From Escherichia phage vB_Ec-G1: DNA of 64,000 nucleotides. Positions 1 through 7,376 of the stretch are shown here, one piece after another (position 1 is the first letter of the stretch; every line of letters begins with the position of its first letter). The DNA lies in the sequence record PQ433349.1; one strand, 5' to 3'. Below the pieces are notes generated by a model that ran no database searches, was not told where the DNA came from, and saw only the letters and a list, made by a program, of their open reading frames with translations. Both the position numbers and the translations under genes were made by a program.

Positions 1-207
1 AGTGAAAGGCCAAATAACAACATTGTCATCAGCGTCAACAACGATTCCGCGACATTCTAGAAGACGAGAATCAATGCTCCATAAGTTATCCCAGAAAACT
101 TTGTTCTTATACTTAAGAACAGATAGACCAGAATACTCTCCTTCTTTATATGTTTTCTTATGAACTAAACCTTTTTCAACCAAATCGTCGCAATTAAATT
201 TAGCCAC
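1..207 (-). CDS. hypothetical protein, partial (start codon in window, body runs past window edge)
   Basis: GTG at 205-207 (minus) 2 nt after stop of upstream gene with AAGGAG in front; open frame VAKFNCDDLVEKGLVHKKTY... continues to position 1. Confidence 0.4.
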   Translation of the reverse strand, partial: MAKFNCDDLVEKGLVHKKTYKEGEYSGLSVLKYKNKVFWDNLWSIDSRLLECRGIVVDADDNVVIWPFT

Positions 208-208
208 A

Positions 209-760
209 TTACTCTCCTTTGATTATTTTGTGATGGTCTACAGTCACGATATCTCGTTTACTCATCATAGAAATTATCTCATCAAAATGCAAGATTTTTC
301 CGTGTGCATCCCAACCCACATCTAACATTTTACCATAAGCTTCATCAGGGAAAGATCCGTGGGAATGCCCGTGTAGCATGATTGATCCACGACCTTGTTT
401 ATTCCAGGAGGCCATAGGGTAATGGCTTAAGACGAAGAACAGCTTCTGATATTTCACTTCGTCATAATACACCACTTCTCCATACTCTGCAAGCACTTCT
501 CGGTGTTTGCTGTAGTCATGGTTCCCAACACAGTAGGTGATATCTCCTTGGAGACGGGAAGCAATTTTACGGGTATCTTCTTCAGTTCCGAAACAGAAGT
601 CGCCCAAATGCCACATCTTAACACCAGGAGTAGTAGCACATTTGTTCCATGCTTCGATCAAGGCTTCTGTCATGTGGTCCATATCTTCCCAGGGACGATA
701 TTCAGGAGCAAACTCTCGAATACGTTTATGCATAAAATGCAAATCGCTTGTAATAAACAT
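209..760 (-). CDS. metallophosphoesterase (calcineurin-like Ser/Thr phosphatase family)
   Basis: 183 aa; motifs ITSDLHFMH, GDF, GNHD, HGHSH typical of binuclear metallophosphatases. Confidence 0.8.
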   Translation of the reverse strand: MFITSDLHFMHKRIREFAPEYRPWEDMDHMTEALIEAWNKCATTPGVKMWHLGDFCFGTEEDTRKIASRLQGDITYCVGNHDYSKHREVLAEYGEVVYYDEVKYQKLFFVLSHYPMASWNKQGRGSIMLHGHSHGSFPDEAYGKMLDVGWDAHGKILHFDEIISMMSKRDIVTVDHHKIIKGE

Positions 761-1116
761 TAGTATAATCCCTCGCTAAATAATTCATGGTCGTGACCAT
801 TACGCTCATGGTCGATCTGGTCAGCATTTTCCGCGATGATGTAAGCATCCGCACGACTCCACCAATTGTAATACTGATCGATAAAGCCTTGATTATCTGG
901 TCTGCACAAAGTTTTGTTGATTACACCTGCTTCTTTCAACACGTTTAACTGTGCATATAGTACAGGATTTGCATGTCGAACACAAGGAATAATTAACTCT
1001 TCACCATTATTCAAAATATACTTATTTGCAGCACAGACGATAACACGTTGCGCATAATGACCCTCACCCATCCAAGTGAGAGGTTGGTAACAAATGTTCT
1101 GATCAATACTGCTCAT
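760..1116 (-). CDS. hypothetical protein
   Basis: 118 aa ORF, start/stop coupled to neighbours in leftward operon. Confidence 0.55.
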   Translation of the reverse strand: MSSIDQNICYQPLTWMGEGHYAQRVIVCAANKYILNNGEELIIPCVRHANPVLYAQLNVLKEAGVINKTLCRPDNQGFIDQYYNWWSRADAYIIAENADQIDHERNGHDHELFSEGLY

Positions 1117-1127
1117 TAAGTTTCTCC

Positions 1128-1484
1128 TTAATAGTGAACACGCTTCATTTGAATACCATAACGCAGCATGGATTCTTTTGCAAGCATGAATTTATCCCCA
1201 GCGGAGGGATTAGAAGTATGCACGAAAATAGTAGGTGAACCAAAACAAGGTTTACCAAACATCAGGAGTTCTTCCAAACGTAAGAAAACATCATACCCAT
1301 CTTGATCAGAGTCTTCACCCAAATCGTTGTCAAAATGCCACTCGTCTACAAAACGATAACCCTTCTGCACCTCGTTCATGTAACGAGAGGCAAGAAGTTC
1401 CTGTGATGTTTTAAACCAGATTGCATCTGGATAACCATAATCTTTTGGATCACGTAAATCATCAAGCCAAATAATAGTATCCAT
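1128..1484 (-). CDS. hypothetical protein
   Basis: 118 aa ORF in leftward operon. Confidence 0.55.
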   Translation of the reverse strand: MDTIIWLDDLRDPKDYGYPDAIWFKTSQELLASRYMNEVQKGYRFVDEWHFDNDLGEDSDQDGYDVFLRLEELLMFGKPCFGSPTIFVHTSNPSAGDKFMLAKESMLRYGIQMKRVHY

Positions 1485-1494
1485 ATAACCTCCT

Positions 1495-1965
1495 CTAAGC
1501 AGGCATGATTAAAAAAGAACTCTCTACTTCAAAATGCCAATCCTCCACAAGCCCTGATTCCCAATCCTTCTCTTCATGGAAAGAGCAAATCCAACGGTAC
1601 ATACCTGGCGGTGTATTCTCAACATCTTCTGGCAACCCATAATCCAAAGCTGTCTTACCGTTCTCTGTAAAACTAGGATGGAGATTAGGAGCTTTCAATA
1701 CAGAAACCCTGCCTCCAACATCTACAGCCACAATCCACTCTGTCATGTATGGGCTGTCATATTGAGGCTCATCAGAACCTAACTCAACAGCCTCTGTGCG
1801 TAAGATGATAATAGCCTGCTCTGTGATTGGAGCTTTGACAATATAACCGTGGTCCTCAAAAAGATCGATAACCTCGAACTCATCGCCGTTTTCGACACCA
1901 TAACTCTTATTCAAAGAGATAAACTTCGGGTTATCATCGTAAGCTTTAGTTACTTTAATTCTCAT
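1495..1965 (-). CDS. hypothetical protein
   Basis: 156 aa ORF in leftward operon. Confidence 0.55.
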   Translation of the reverse strand: MRIKVTKAYDDNPKFISLNKSYGVENGDEFEVIDLFEDHGYIVKAPITEQAIIILRTEAVELGSDEPQYDSPYMTEWIVAVDVGGRVSVLKAPNLHPSFTENGKTALDYGLPEDVENTPPGMYRWICSFHEEKDWESGLVEDWHFEVESSFLIMPA

Positions 1966-2186
1966 TTTTCCTCCTTCACTTTAACCTCAAATTCTACAGG
2001 CTTACCCTCAATGTAAAAACACTGATACTCTGCCTTATCATCCTCGTCACGAGGCCAAGTTACCAAGGAGTTATAGCAATCTTCTGGTGCTTTGAAGATG
2101 TTTTTAGTCTCCACAGTAACATTCCCATTAAGTGTTGCCAATACCACCCAACCAGCTACAGGGATCATAGTGTCTCCACTTTCCAC
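1962..2186 (-). CDS. hypothetical protein
   Basis: 74 aa ORF, 4-nt overlap with downstream gene. Confidence 0.5.
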   Translation of the reverse strand: MESGDTMIPVAGWVVLATLNGNVTVETKNIFKAPEDCYNSLVTWPRDEDDKAEYQCFYIEGKPVEFEVKVKEEK

Positions 2187-2347
2187 GTTTTACCATTATC
2201 AACCAAGGTCTTTGCTACAGCATACTCCTTCCCATTAATAATGAAATAATAAACTATAAAAGATTTTCCGATTGTTACTGTCTTAGTAACCTCTACGCGT
2301 TTAACACCTTGCATGTATTTCGCCTTACCGGAATAGAGTAAAATCAT
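2165..2347 (-). CDS. hypothetical protein
   Basis: 60 aa ORF; true start may be internal. Confidence 0.4.
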   Translation of the reverse strand: MILLYSGKAKYMQGVKRVEVTKTVTIGKSFIVYYFIINGKEYAVAKTLVDNGKTWKVETL

Positions 2348-2625
2348 TTTGCATTCCTCTTGTTGTTGATAACATCCATAGCAGTATATGGTTTATTAGT
2401 GCCATGATACTCTAGAATCATTGGAGAGCCTTCTTGCACTACTTCAAAGATACCATAAACAGAACTTTCAGCAAATACCATTTGCTTCGTGCCTTCATCG
2501 TTTACAACGAGAGAAAACTTCTTGCCTGTCCCGTTGAGGATCTCGTATTTCTTGCCAGCAGTGAATAATCCAGAGTACCACTCATTATCTGTTGCTTTTA
2601 CACACTTCAGGAAAGTCTTGATCAT
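2344..2625 (-). CDS. hypothetical protein
   Basis: 93 aa ORF, coupled stops/starts. Confidence 0.5.
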   Translation of the reverse strand: MIKTFLKCVKATDNEWYSGLFTAGKKYEILNGTGKKFSLVVNDEGTKQMVFAESSVYGIFEVVQEGSPMILEYHGTNKPYTAMDVINNKRNAK

Positions 2626-2975
2626 TTCTTTTTGCTCCTCTTTTTAGATTTCTCATACAAACCTAACACAGCCGCTTCTTTTGCACAAGTAGGAACTGAA
2701 GTCATTCCTCTTCTTTTTGCTTCTGGTAGTTGCAAAGTCCATATTCCCCACCAATAAATTTGGTCTGCCGTGAGTGGTTCAGCCATTGGATCTGCCTCCT
2801 GCTCCTCAAGACGTTGCAACGCTTCTTCAATCTTCGCGATTGGTGTGTCAAAGACGAATGCCTCCGTATCAAATTTATCTTTCTTAGGAACTGATTTGGC
2901 TACTTTGAGAACCTCGTTTTTCGGTTTCTTAGTAACGTTCTTTGGCTTTGATAACTTCTTCGGTGTTTTCGCCAC
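2622..2975 (-). CDS. hypothetical lysine-rich basic protein (possible nucleic-acid binding)
   Basis: 117 aa; N-terminus MAKTPKKLSKPKNVTKKPKN and C-terminal KKRSKKK. Confidence 0.5.
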   Translation of the reverse strand: MAKTPKKLSKPKNVTKKPKNEVLKVAKSVPKKDKFDTEAFVFDTPIAKIEEALQRLEEQEADPMAEPLTADQIYWWGIWTLQLPEAKRRGMTSVPTCAKEAAVLGLYEKSKKRSKKK

Positions 2976-3168
2976 TTACTACCTCCATACGATCTAAAAA
3001 GTCATTCACAAATCTCCAATAACGTTGACCTGTTCTAAGATCTTCATAGATAACAACAGGATCAAACACTTTAGATATTCCGGCAGGTTTTGGAAATTCC
3101 ACGACCGTATATAAGCCACCTTTTGATACACAAGAATAGGTTACACCTGTAATTGGATATTTGCTCAT
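2929..3168 (-). CDS. hypothetical protein
   Basis: 79 aa ORF. Confidence 0.45.
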   Translation of the reverse strand: MSKYPITGVTYSCVSKGGLYTVVEFPKPAGISKVFDPVVIYEDLRTGQRYWRFVNDFLDRMEVVSGENTEEVIKAKERY

Positions 3169-3359
3169 TTCTTTACGTACTCCATGATTGGGGTATGGTC
3201 GCCAGTGAGCGTCACACGGTTGTAGGAAACGTTTTGTGTCTTCAACGTCTCAATCCATTCCAGGAAATGTTCTTTCGCTTCTGTGTAGTTCTGGGTGCCT
3301 TTAACAACATGAATATCATCCAGGGTGACACGGAATACCATTTGAATAACGTCTTTCAT
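3165..3359 (-). CDS. hypothetical protein
   Basis: 64 aa ORF. Confidence 0.45.
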   Translation of the reverse strand: MKDVIQMVFRVTLDDIHVVKGTQNYTEAKEHFLEWIETLKTQNVSYNRVTLTGDHTPIMEYVKK

Positions 3360-3455
3360 TTCTTACCTCCTTTGCTGTCAAAATAGCTTACCAGAACATC
3401 GTGAACCACACAAATGGCGAAAATCAGAACAATTGTTGCCAGGACTGGGTGCTCA

Positions 3456-3779
3456 CTAATTAGTGCTATCATCTTTAACTACCTCCAGTTGCCTTTCGAG
3501 TTTAACTTTGTTTGAGAACTGATAATGACACAGCTTACAATCAATGTCAACAATCTGATCGTGATTTAACCCTACAATTTTAACTTCCTTTGCACCATCC
3601 CACTCTAAGTATTCGAAGTCTGATAAACAACTACTCTTACTTAAAATAAAATCCACCTGTTGCCACTCCACCTGCATATCATCGATATGATAAGCTGCAC
3701 AGAATACATCATGGTAGTAAAATGCTATCATAACCATCTTTTCATCAATAGCAACTACTTCCCGCCTTGTAAATCTCAT
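3456..3779 (-). CDS. hypothetical protein (first gene of leftward early operon)
   Basis: 107 aa ORF immediately left of divergent intergenic region. Confidence 0.5.
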   Translation of the reverse strand: MRFTRREVVAIDEKMVMIAFYYHDVFCAAYHIDDMQVEWQQVDFILSKSSCLSDFEYLEWDGAKEVKIVGLNHDQIVDIDCKLCHYQFSNKVKLERQLEVVKDDSTN

Positions 3780-4030
3780 TCTAGCCTCCTAAACGCGTCT
3801 CTGACGCACTTTTTATATATAAGATGATAAATCACCTTACCTCGTAAGTAAACTTGCTCTACGAGCCTCTTATGAAGCTTGTGTTATAGGCTATACTATT
3901 GCTACCTGCTTAAGCAAGGTTTTTGCACACAGAAAATAATTTTAATAAAACTCTTGACTTTTGTGTTCGAAGTATGCTACCCTAGAAATCTATTAACGAG
4001 CGCAGCGAGTTAAGGTTTTAGGTTGTTGAT

Positions 4031-4232
4031 GTAGTACTCTGTACTCAAGTACTGTACTCCGTACTAGATTAATAATTATTAAATATTAATAATAAATAAT
4101 TATTAGATCTAACAAACAGGTACAGTGTATCAGAACTGGTACGTACAGATCAACTTCTATCAATTAAAAAATAAAATAATAAATTATTATAAATAATAGT
4201 TGATCTATAGATCAGTATGAAGTACAGTACGG
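4031..4232. repeat. GTAC-rich array with perfect AT-rich palindromes (candidate origin or operator region)
   Basis: about ten GTAC tetramers in ~200 bp (five as GTACT within 4034-4065), 14-bp palindrome TTAATAATTATTAA, 12-bp palindrome GATCTATAGATC, inverted copies of CAGATCAACT / AGTTGATCT. Confidence 0.6.
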
Positions 4233-4260
4233 AACATCTTAACAAGAATGGAGGTGTGCA

Positions 4261-4446
4261 ATGATTAGTGAGAATCCGTGCAAATGGCATCATGTGCCTA
4301 TTAAAGATTGTATGTCTTGTAATCCACGTTCTATTTATAACATTGCATCTTATGACGATGACAATGTGTTAGACGATGATGAAGGCTGGGAGGATTTAGA
4401 TTGGACTGGTTATGAAACCAAAAAGGATAAAATTATTCCTAGTTGA
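4261..4446 (+). CDS. hypothetical small acidic protein
   Basis: 61 aa, RBS GGAGGTG before ATG. Confidence 0.5.
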   Translation: MISENPCKWHHVPIKDCMSCNPRSIYNIASYDDDNVLDDDEGWEDLDWTGYETKKDKIIPS

Positions 4447-4483
4447 CTTAAGATATCCTTCGTGCTAAACTAGAAGTGAGGAG

Positions 4484-4735
4484 ATGCCGATCACTCCCCA
4501 TTTGGGGTTCGAAGGATATATGCAAAATAGTTTTTATTTTAGGTGCCGTGCTTGTAATAGGCATTTGACAAACCACTCCAGACGTGATAAAAATGGAGTC
4601 ATCAAGGAATCAGACCTCTGTTCTATTTGCACAGGTTTGGCTTTTGATGATAGTCCCGAAAGGGTTTATCAGCATCAATGTATAACAGACGTTCTCGTGT
4701 CAAACTTGGTAGAGGACGAACAACTAACAGATTAG
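4484..4735 (+). CDS. hypothetical Cys-rich protein (possible zinc ribbon)
   Basis: 83 aa with CRACN...CSIC pairs; RBS GAGGAG. Confidence 0.5.
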   Translation: MPITPHLGFEGYMQNSFYFRCRACNRHLTNHSRRDKNGVIKESDLCSICTGLAFDDSPERVYQHQCITDVLVSNLVEDEQLTD

Positions 4736-4743
4736 GAGGAACA

Positions 4744-4992
4744 ATGTCTCTATTAGAAAAACACGTGTTTGAAGATGGTAACGGCAATGCAGTTTTTCTT
4801 TTCCATCCAGAAAAATACACATCTGAAAACAATGGTACAACTTCTATTGTAATCACTAAAGATGTTAAAGTTATTGATTTCTTGGCTCTGATGCGAGAGA
4901 TGGATCTTGAAATTAATACTTTTAACGCAGAAGCTTTGGTTGTTGCTCTTCTGGAAAAGAAAGATAGTGAAGAAGTAGCAGAATATGCTTAA
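4744..4992 (+). CDS. hypothetical protein
   Basis: ATG at 4744 preceded by AGGAGGA; in-frame upstream extension to 4678 lacks RBS. Confidence 0.5.
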   Translation: MSLLEKHVFEDGNGNAVFLFHPEKYTSENNGTTSIVITKDVKVIDFLALMREMDLEINTFNAEALVVALLEKKDSEEVAEYA

Positions 4993-4999
4993 ATAACTA

Positions 5000-5029
5000 T
5001 TGACAAACGTATCCTTCATATGTTAGGAT
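5000..5029 (+). promoter_or_regulatory. sigma70-like promoter upstream of tRNA cluster
   Basis: TTGACA 5000-5005, 17/18-nt spacer, TTAGGAT; shares extended motif ACTATTGACAA...TATGTTAG with promoter at 5586. Confidence 0.5.
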
Positions 5030-5238
5030 ACGTTCATCAAGTGTGGTAACAGGGTCGTTGACTTTTGTTAAGAGGGGCTTGCACTGCGGTAGTGTTAGAG
5101 ACTACTTCTTCAGAGGTTAGCTACCAAAGAGGAAAAGGAATAGTCTCGGCTCAAGAACTTTTACGCTGAAAGTTGGGCTTGGTCTTAGAGAATGTAGCGG
5201 TTCTCTGCAATTGTCAGCGTCTCTGTTACCACATTTAT

Positions 5239-5313
5239 GGCCCTGTAGCTCAATGGGAGAGCTGTCGGCTCATAACCGATAGGTAGCTGGATCGAAACCA
5301 GCCAGGGCCACCA
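5239..5313 (+). tRNA. tRNA-Met: tRNA with CAT anticodon (Met/fMet/Ile2 not distinguishable)
   Basis: acceptor GGCCCTG/CAGGGCC, D-stem GCTC/GAGC, anticodon loop CTCATAA, T-arm GCTGG-ATCGAAA-CCAGC, CCA encoded. Confidence 0.75.
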
Positions 5314-5315
5314 AC

Positions 5316-5390
5316 GTCTTTATGGTGTAATGGATAGCACAGGAGTCTTCTAAACTCTTAGTCAAGGTTCGATTCCTTGTAAAGACACCA
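5316..5390 (+). tRNA. tRNA-Arg: tRNA-Arg (anticodon TCT)
   Basis: acceptor GTCTTTA/TAAAGAC, anticodon loop CTTCTAA, T-arm CAAGG-TTCGATT-CCTTG, CCA encoded. Confidence 0.75.
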
Positions 5391-5585
5391 GAACATTTTA
5401 ACATGAATTAGCTCAAGTGATTTGAACCCACTACTGATCATGGTGGCAGAGAATGAGGCAAGTATGTCAGACATTATAAACAAAGGCCACGGTTATATTA
5501 GAAGACATAAATGCTCGAAGAGCACCGTTCGTGGAGAACGGGGGTTGGTGGAGTCACCATTCATGGTAAAATGTTTTAAAAAACT

Positions 5586-5614
5586 ATTGACAACAAACAT
5601 TATTTTATGTTAGA
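5586..5614 (+). promoter_or_regulatory. sigma70-like promoter
   Basis: TTGACA 5586-5591, 17-nt spacer, TTAGAT. Confidence 0.5.
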
Positions 5615-5622
5615 TTATAAAT

Positions 5623-5713
5623 ATGGAAGGGCAAATCGACGTGGCGACGAAAACGGTCTTGAAAACCGCCGAGCTTGAAAGAGCCTTGGGAGTTCGACTC
5701 TCCCTCCTTCCGC
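5623..5713 (+). tRNA. tRNA-Ser: tRNA-Ser (anticodon TGA), long variable arm
   Basis: acceptor GGAAGGG/TCCTTCC, anticodon loop CTTGAAA, variable hairpin GAGC-TTGAAA-GAGC, T-arm GGGAG-TTCGACT-CTCCC, CCA; D-region spacing slightly atypical. Confidence 0.6.
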
Positions 5714-5737
5714 CAGATTGGTAGATTGGTAGATTGG
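5714..5737 (+). repeat. perfect tandem repeat (GATTGGTA)x3 spanning 5' end of tRNA-Ser(GCT)
   Basis: GATTGGTAGATTGGTAGATTGGTG read directly; second copy supplies the tRNA acceptor strand. Confidence 0.8.
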
Positions 5738-5811
5738 TGAAATGGTAGCCACAACAGTTTGCTAAACTGTAGTCGGAAACGGCGTGTAGGTTCGAGTCCT
5801 ACATCTACCGC
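5726..5811 (+). tRNA. tRNA-Ser: tRNA-Ser (anticodon GCT), long variable arm
   Basis: acceptor GGTAGAT/ATCTACC, anticodon stem ACAGT/ACTGT with loop TTGCTAA, T-arm GTAGG-TTCGAGT-CCTAC, CCA. Confidence 0.7.
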
Positions 5812-5941
5812 CAAGTTCTTTTTAATATAGCTTACTTTAATAGAGTAAATTTTCGGCAGATGGCCCCCATCATCTTACCGATACCTCATAGTTAGTGGTG
5901 CGAACACTGGCTATTTTAAAAAGAATTTAAATATTAGTATT

Positions 5942-6029
5942 TAGGTGAGTTAATTCCGTAGGGGTAGCGGGGCAGACTGTAAATCTGTTATCATTGCGAT
6001 TCGGGTGGTTCGACTCCATCACTCACCAC
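5942..6029 (+). tRNA. tRNA-Tyr: tRNA-Tyr (anticodon GTA), long variable arm
   Basis: acceptor GGTGAGT/ACTCACC, anticodon arm GCAGA-CTGTAAA-TCTGT, T-arm GGTGG-TTCGACT-CCATC, CCA; anticodon arm matches E. coli tRNA-Tyr as recalled. Confidence 0.8.
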
Positions 6030-6035
6030 CAAATT

Positions 6036-6121
6036 AAGATGAGTTGGCTGAATGGTTTAAGCAGCGGACTGTTAATCCGTGTTCGAAAGAACAATATAGG
6101 TTCGAATCCTATACTCATCGC
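6036..6121 (+). tRNA. tRNA, probable anticodon GTT (Asn) but with atypical long variable arm
   Basis: perfect acceptor GATGAGT/ACTCATC, T-arm ATAGG-TTCGAAT-CCTAT, CCA; best anticodon arm GCGGA-CTGTTAA-TCCGT; 15-nt extra hairpin GTTC-GAAA-GAAC. Confidence 0.45.
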
Positions 6122-6128
6122 CAGAATT

Positions 6129-6205
6129 ATGGACTTGTAGAGTTAAGGTAAACCCCCAGTCGCCAATAGGCTTCTGGAATTGCAGGTATCGAATCCTGCC
6201 GAGTC
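6129..6205 (+). pseudogene. tRNA-like element, probably non-functional or non-canonical
   Basis: acceptor-like GGACTTG/CGAGTCC and T-arm-like GCAGG-TATCGAAT-CCTGC (8-nt loop) but no convincing anticodon arm and no CCA. Confidence 0.3.
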
Positions 6206-6211
6206 CCAGCA

Positions 6212-6286
6212 TTGCTCCTATAGTATAATGGCTATTACAACGGTTTTGTAATCCGTGGATCTCTGTTCGATTCAGTGTGGGAGCAC
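6212..6286 (+). tRNA. tRNA-Thr: tRNA-Thr (anticodon TGT)
   Basis: acceptor GCTCCTA/TGGGAGC, anticodon stem ACGG/CCGT with loop containing TTTGTAA, T-loop TTCGATT, CCA. Confidence 0.6.
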
Positions 6287-6561
6287 CAACACAACATTAA
6301 GAGCACTGTGATTGATCGTCGTATCCTGTGCACAAGGTCTGCTCGAAAGACAGTGTTCTTAGTATTGTGTTGATCACAAAAAGAGTCACCCGAAACTTGA
6401 CCGGAGTAGGGTTGGATGGGGCAAAATGAGAAGCGGCTCTCCCATCGACAGCAACGAAGAATAATATTTGACTTTGGTTTTGTATTATTTTAAGTTAGCT
6501 TACCGAACGTAGGGCTAGTCACCCAACGGGATACTCGTCACTGTCCCAATCAATAAAAGTC

Positions 6562-6591
6562 TTGACAACAAATAGTAAAATGTAGTATAGT
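6562..6591 (+). promoter_or_regulatory. sigma70-like promoter upstream of tRNA-Gly
   Basis: TTGACA 6562-6567, 18-nt spacer, TATAGT. Confidence 0.55.
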
Positions 6592-6602
6592 AAATATATA
6601 GG

Positions 6603-6676
6603 GCGTTCTTGGTGTAGCGGTAGCATTCCGTCCTTCCAAGTCGGCGGCACGAGTTCGATCCTCGTAGAACGCTCCA
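6603..6676 (+). tRNA. tRNA-Gly: tRNA-Gly (anticodon TCC)
   Basis: acceptor GCGTTCT/AGAACGC, anticodon loop CTTCCAA, T-arm ACGAG-TTCGATC-CTCGT, CCA. Confidence 0.7.
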
Positions 6677-6772
6677 AATTATTTAATAAAGGGTTGCCAG
6701 AAAACTTTCTCTTTTACTCATGGTTTTCTCCTTCTCTCACACTTCTTCTGGTTGCCCTTCATTAAATGATTT

Positions 6773-6850
6773 ATTGGTTTGTAGTGTAGTCCGGTAGCAC
6801 ACGACACTTTGACTGTCGTAGGTTTGGTTCAAATCCAGACAGACCAGCCA
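6773..6850 (+). tRNA. tRNA-Gln: tRNA-Gln (anticodon TTG)
   Basis: acceptor TGGTTTG/CAGACCA (U1-A72), anticodon arm CGACA-CTTTGAC-TGTCG, T-arm TTTGG-TTCAAAT-CCAGA, CCA. Confidence 0.7.
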
Positions 6851-6855
6851 TATAA

Positions 6856-6932
6856 CGGAGTTTAGCTCAGTTTGGTAGAGCATACGCTTTGGGAGCGTAG
6901 GGTCGCAGGTTCGAATCCTGCAATTCCGACCA
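6856..6932 (+). tRNA. tRNA-Pro: tRNA-Pro (anticodon TGG)
   Basis: acceptor CGGAGTT/AATTCCG, D-stem GCTC/GAGC, anticodon arm TACGC-TTTGGGA-GCGTA, T-arm GCAGG-TTCGAAT-CCTGC, CCA. Confidence 0.8.
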
Positions 6933-6938
6933 ATTAAA

Positions 6939-7012
6939 TGTTTCGTAGTTCAATGGTAGAACCCACGACTGATAATCGTGAGACACAAGTTCGATTCTTG
7001 TCGAAACAACCA
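6939..7012 (+). tRNA. tRNA-Ile: tRNA-Ile (anticodon GAT)
   Basis: acceptor TGTTTCG/CGAAACA, D-stem GTTC/GAAC, anticodon arm CACGA-CTGATAA-TCGTG, T-arm ACAAG-TTCGATT-CTTGT, CCA. Confidence 0.8.
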
Positions 7013-7014
7013 GT

Positions 7015-7084
7015 TTCCCGTTAGACTTACAGGATAAGAGTTCCACAGCTTATTGTGATGCTGGTTCGAATCCAGCACGGGATA
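7015..7084 (+). tRNA. tRNA-like gene, anticodon unresolved (possible pseudo-tRNA)
   Basis: T-arm GCTGG-TTCGAAT-CCAGC and acceptor TTCCCGT/ACGGGAT (1:72 mismatch) but only a 4-bp CACA/TGTG stem with 6-nt loop where the anticodon arm should be; no CCA. Confidence 0.35.
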
Positions 7085-7090
7085 CATAAT

Positions 7091-7169
7091 AGCGGGATAG
7101 AGGAGTCTGGTCGTCCTCGCCAGTTTCATATGCTGGAGATCATCGGTTCAAATCCGATTCCCGCCTCCA
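7091..7169 (+). tRNA. tRNA-Met: tRNA with CAT anticodon, second copy (1:72 mismatch, initiator-like feature)
   Basis: acceptor AGCGGGA/TCCCGCC, D-stem GAGG/CCTC, anticodon arm CCAGT-TTCATAT-GCTGG, T-arm ATCGG-TTCAAAT-CCGAT, CCA. Confidence 0.65.
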
Positions 7170-7284
7170 AATATCGCTTGCCAGCGGTATCTTTGAAGAC
7201 CTTGCCTGGTTCCTTCTAAGATGGAGGGGTGCGACTCCTTAACGCACAATTATAATAAAGCATTTCAACTTAACAGTATTTACT

Positions 7285-7307
7285 AGCCTCCTTATTGGAG
7301 GCTTTTT
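7285..7307 (+). terminator. rho-independent terminator closing the tRNA cluster
   Basis: AGCCTCC-TTATT-GGAGGCT followed by TTTT. Confidence 0.7.
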
Positions 7308-7325
7308 GCTATCTATTGAATAAAA

Positions 7326-7354
7326 CTTGACTTATTATTTTTTATATGCTAAGA
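7326..7354 (+). promoter_or_regulatory. sigma70-like promoter
   Basis: TTGACT, 17-nt spacer, TAAGAT, then RBS AGGAGG and ATG at 7377. Confidence 0.6.
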
Positions 7355-7376
7355 TAAAGTTTAGGAGGATTTTATT

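Noticed and set aside
5714-5737. Possible CRISPR-like repeats
   Set aside because: The (GATTGGTA)x3 unit and the GTAC array are too short and have no regular repeat-spacer pattern; no CRISPR array in the window.
5422-5814. Track ORFs 5422-5613 (+) and 5605-5814 (-) in the tRNA region
   Set aside because: They run across a promoter and the two tRNA-Ser genes, and the 5422 start is a TTG without RBS.
6129-6205. Calling this element a functional tRNA
   Set aside because: Acceptor and T-arm-like pairings exist but the T-loop has 8 nt and no anticodon stem-loop could be folded; kept only as a tRNA-like or pseudo element.
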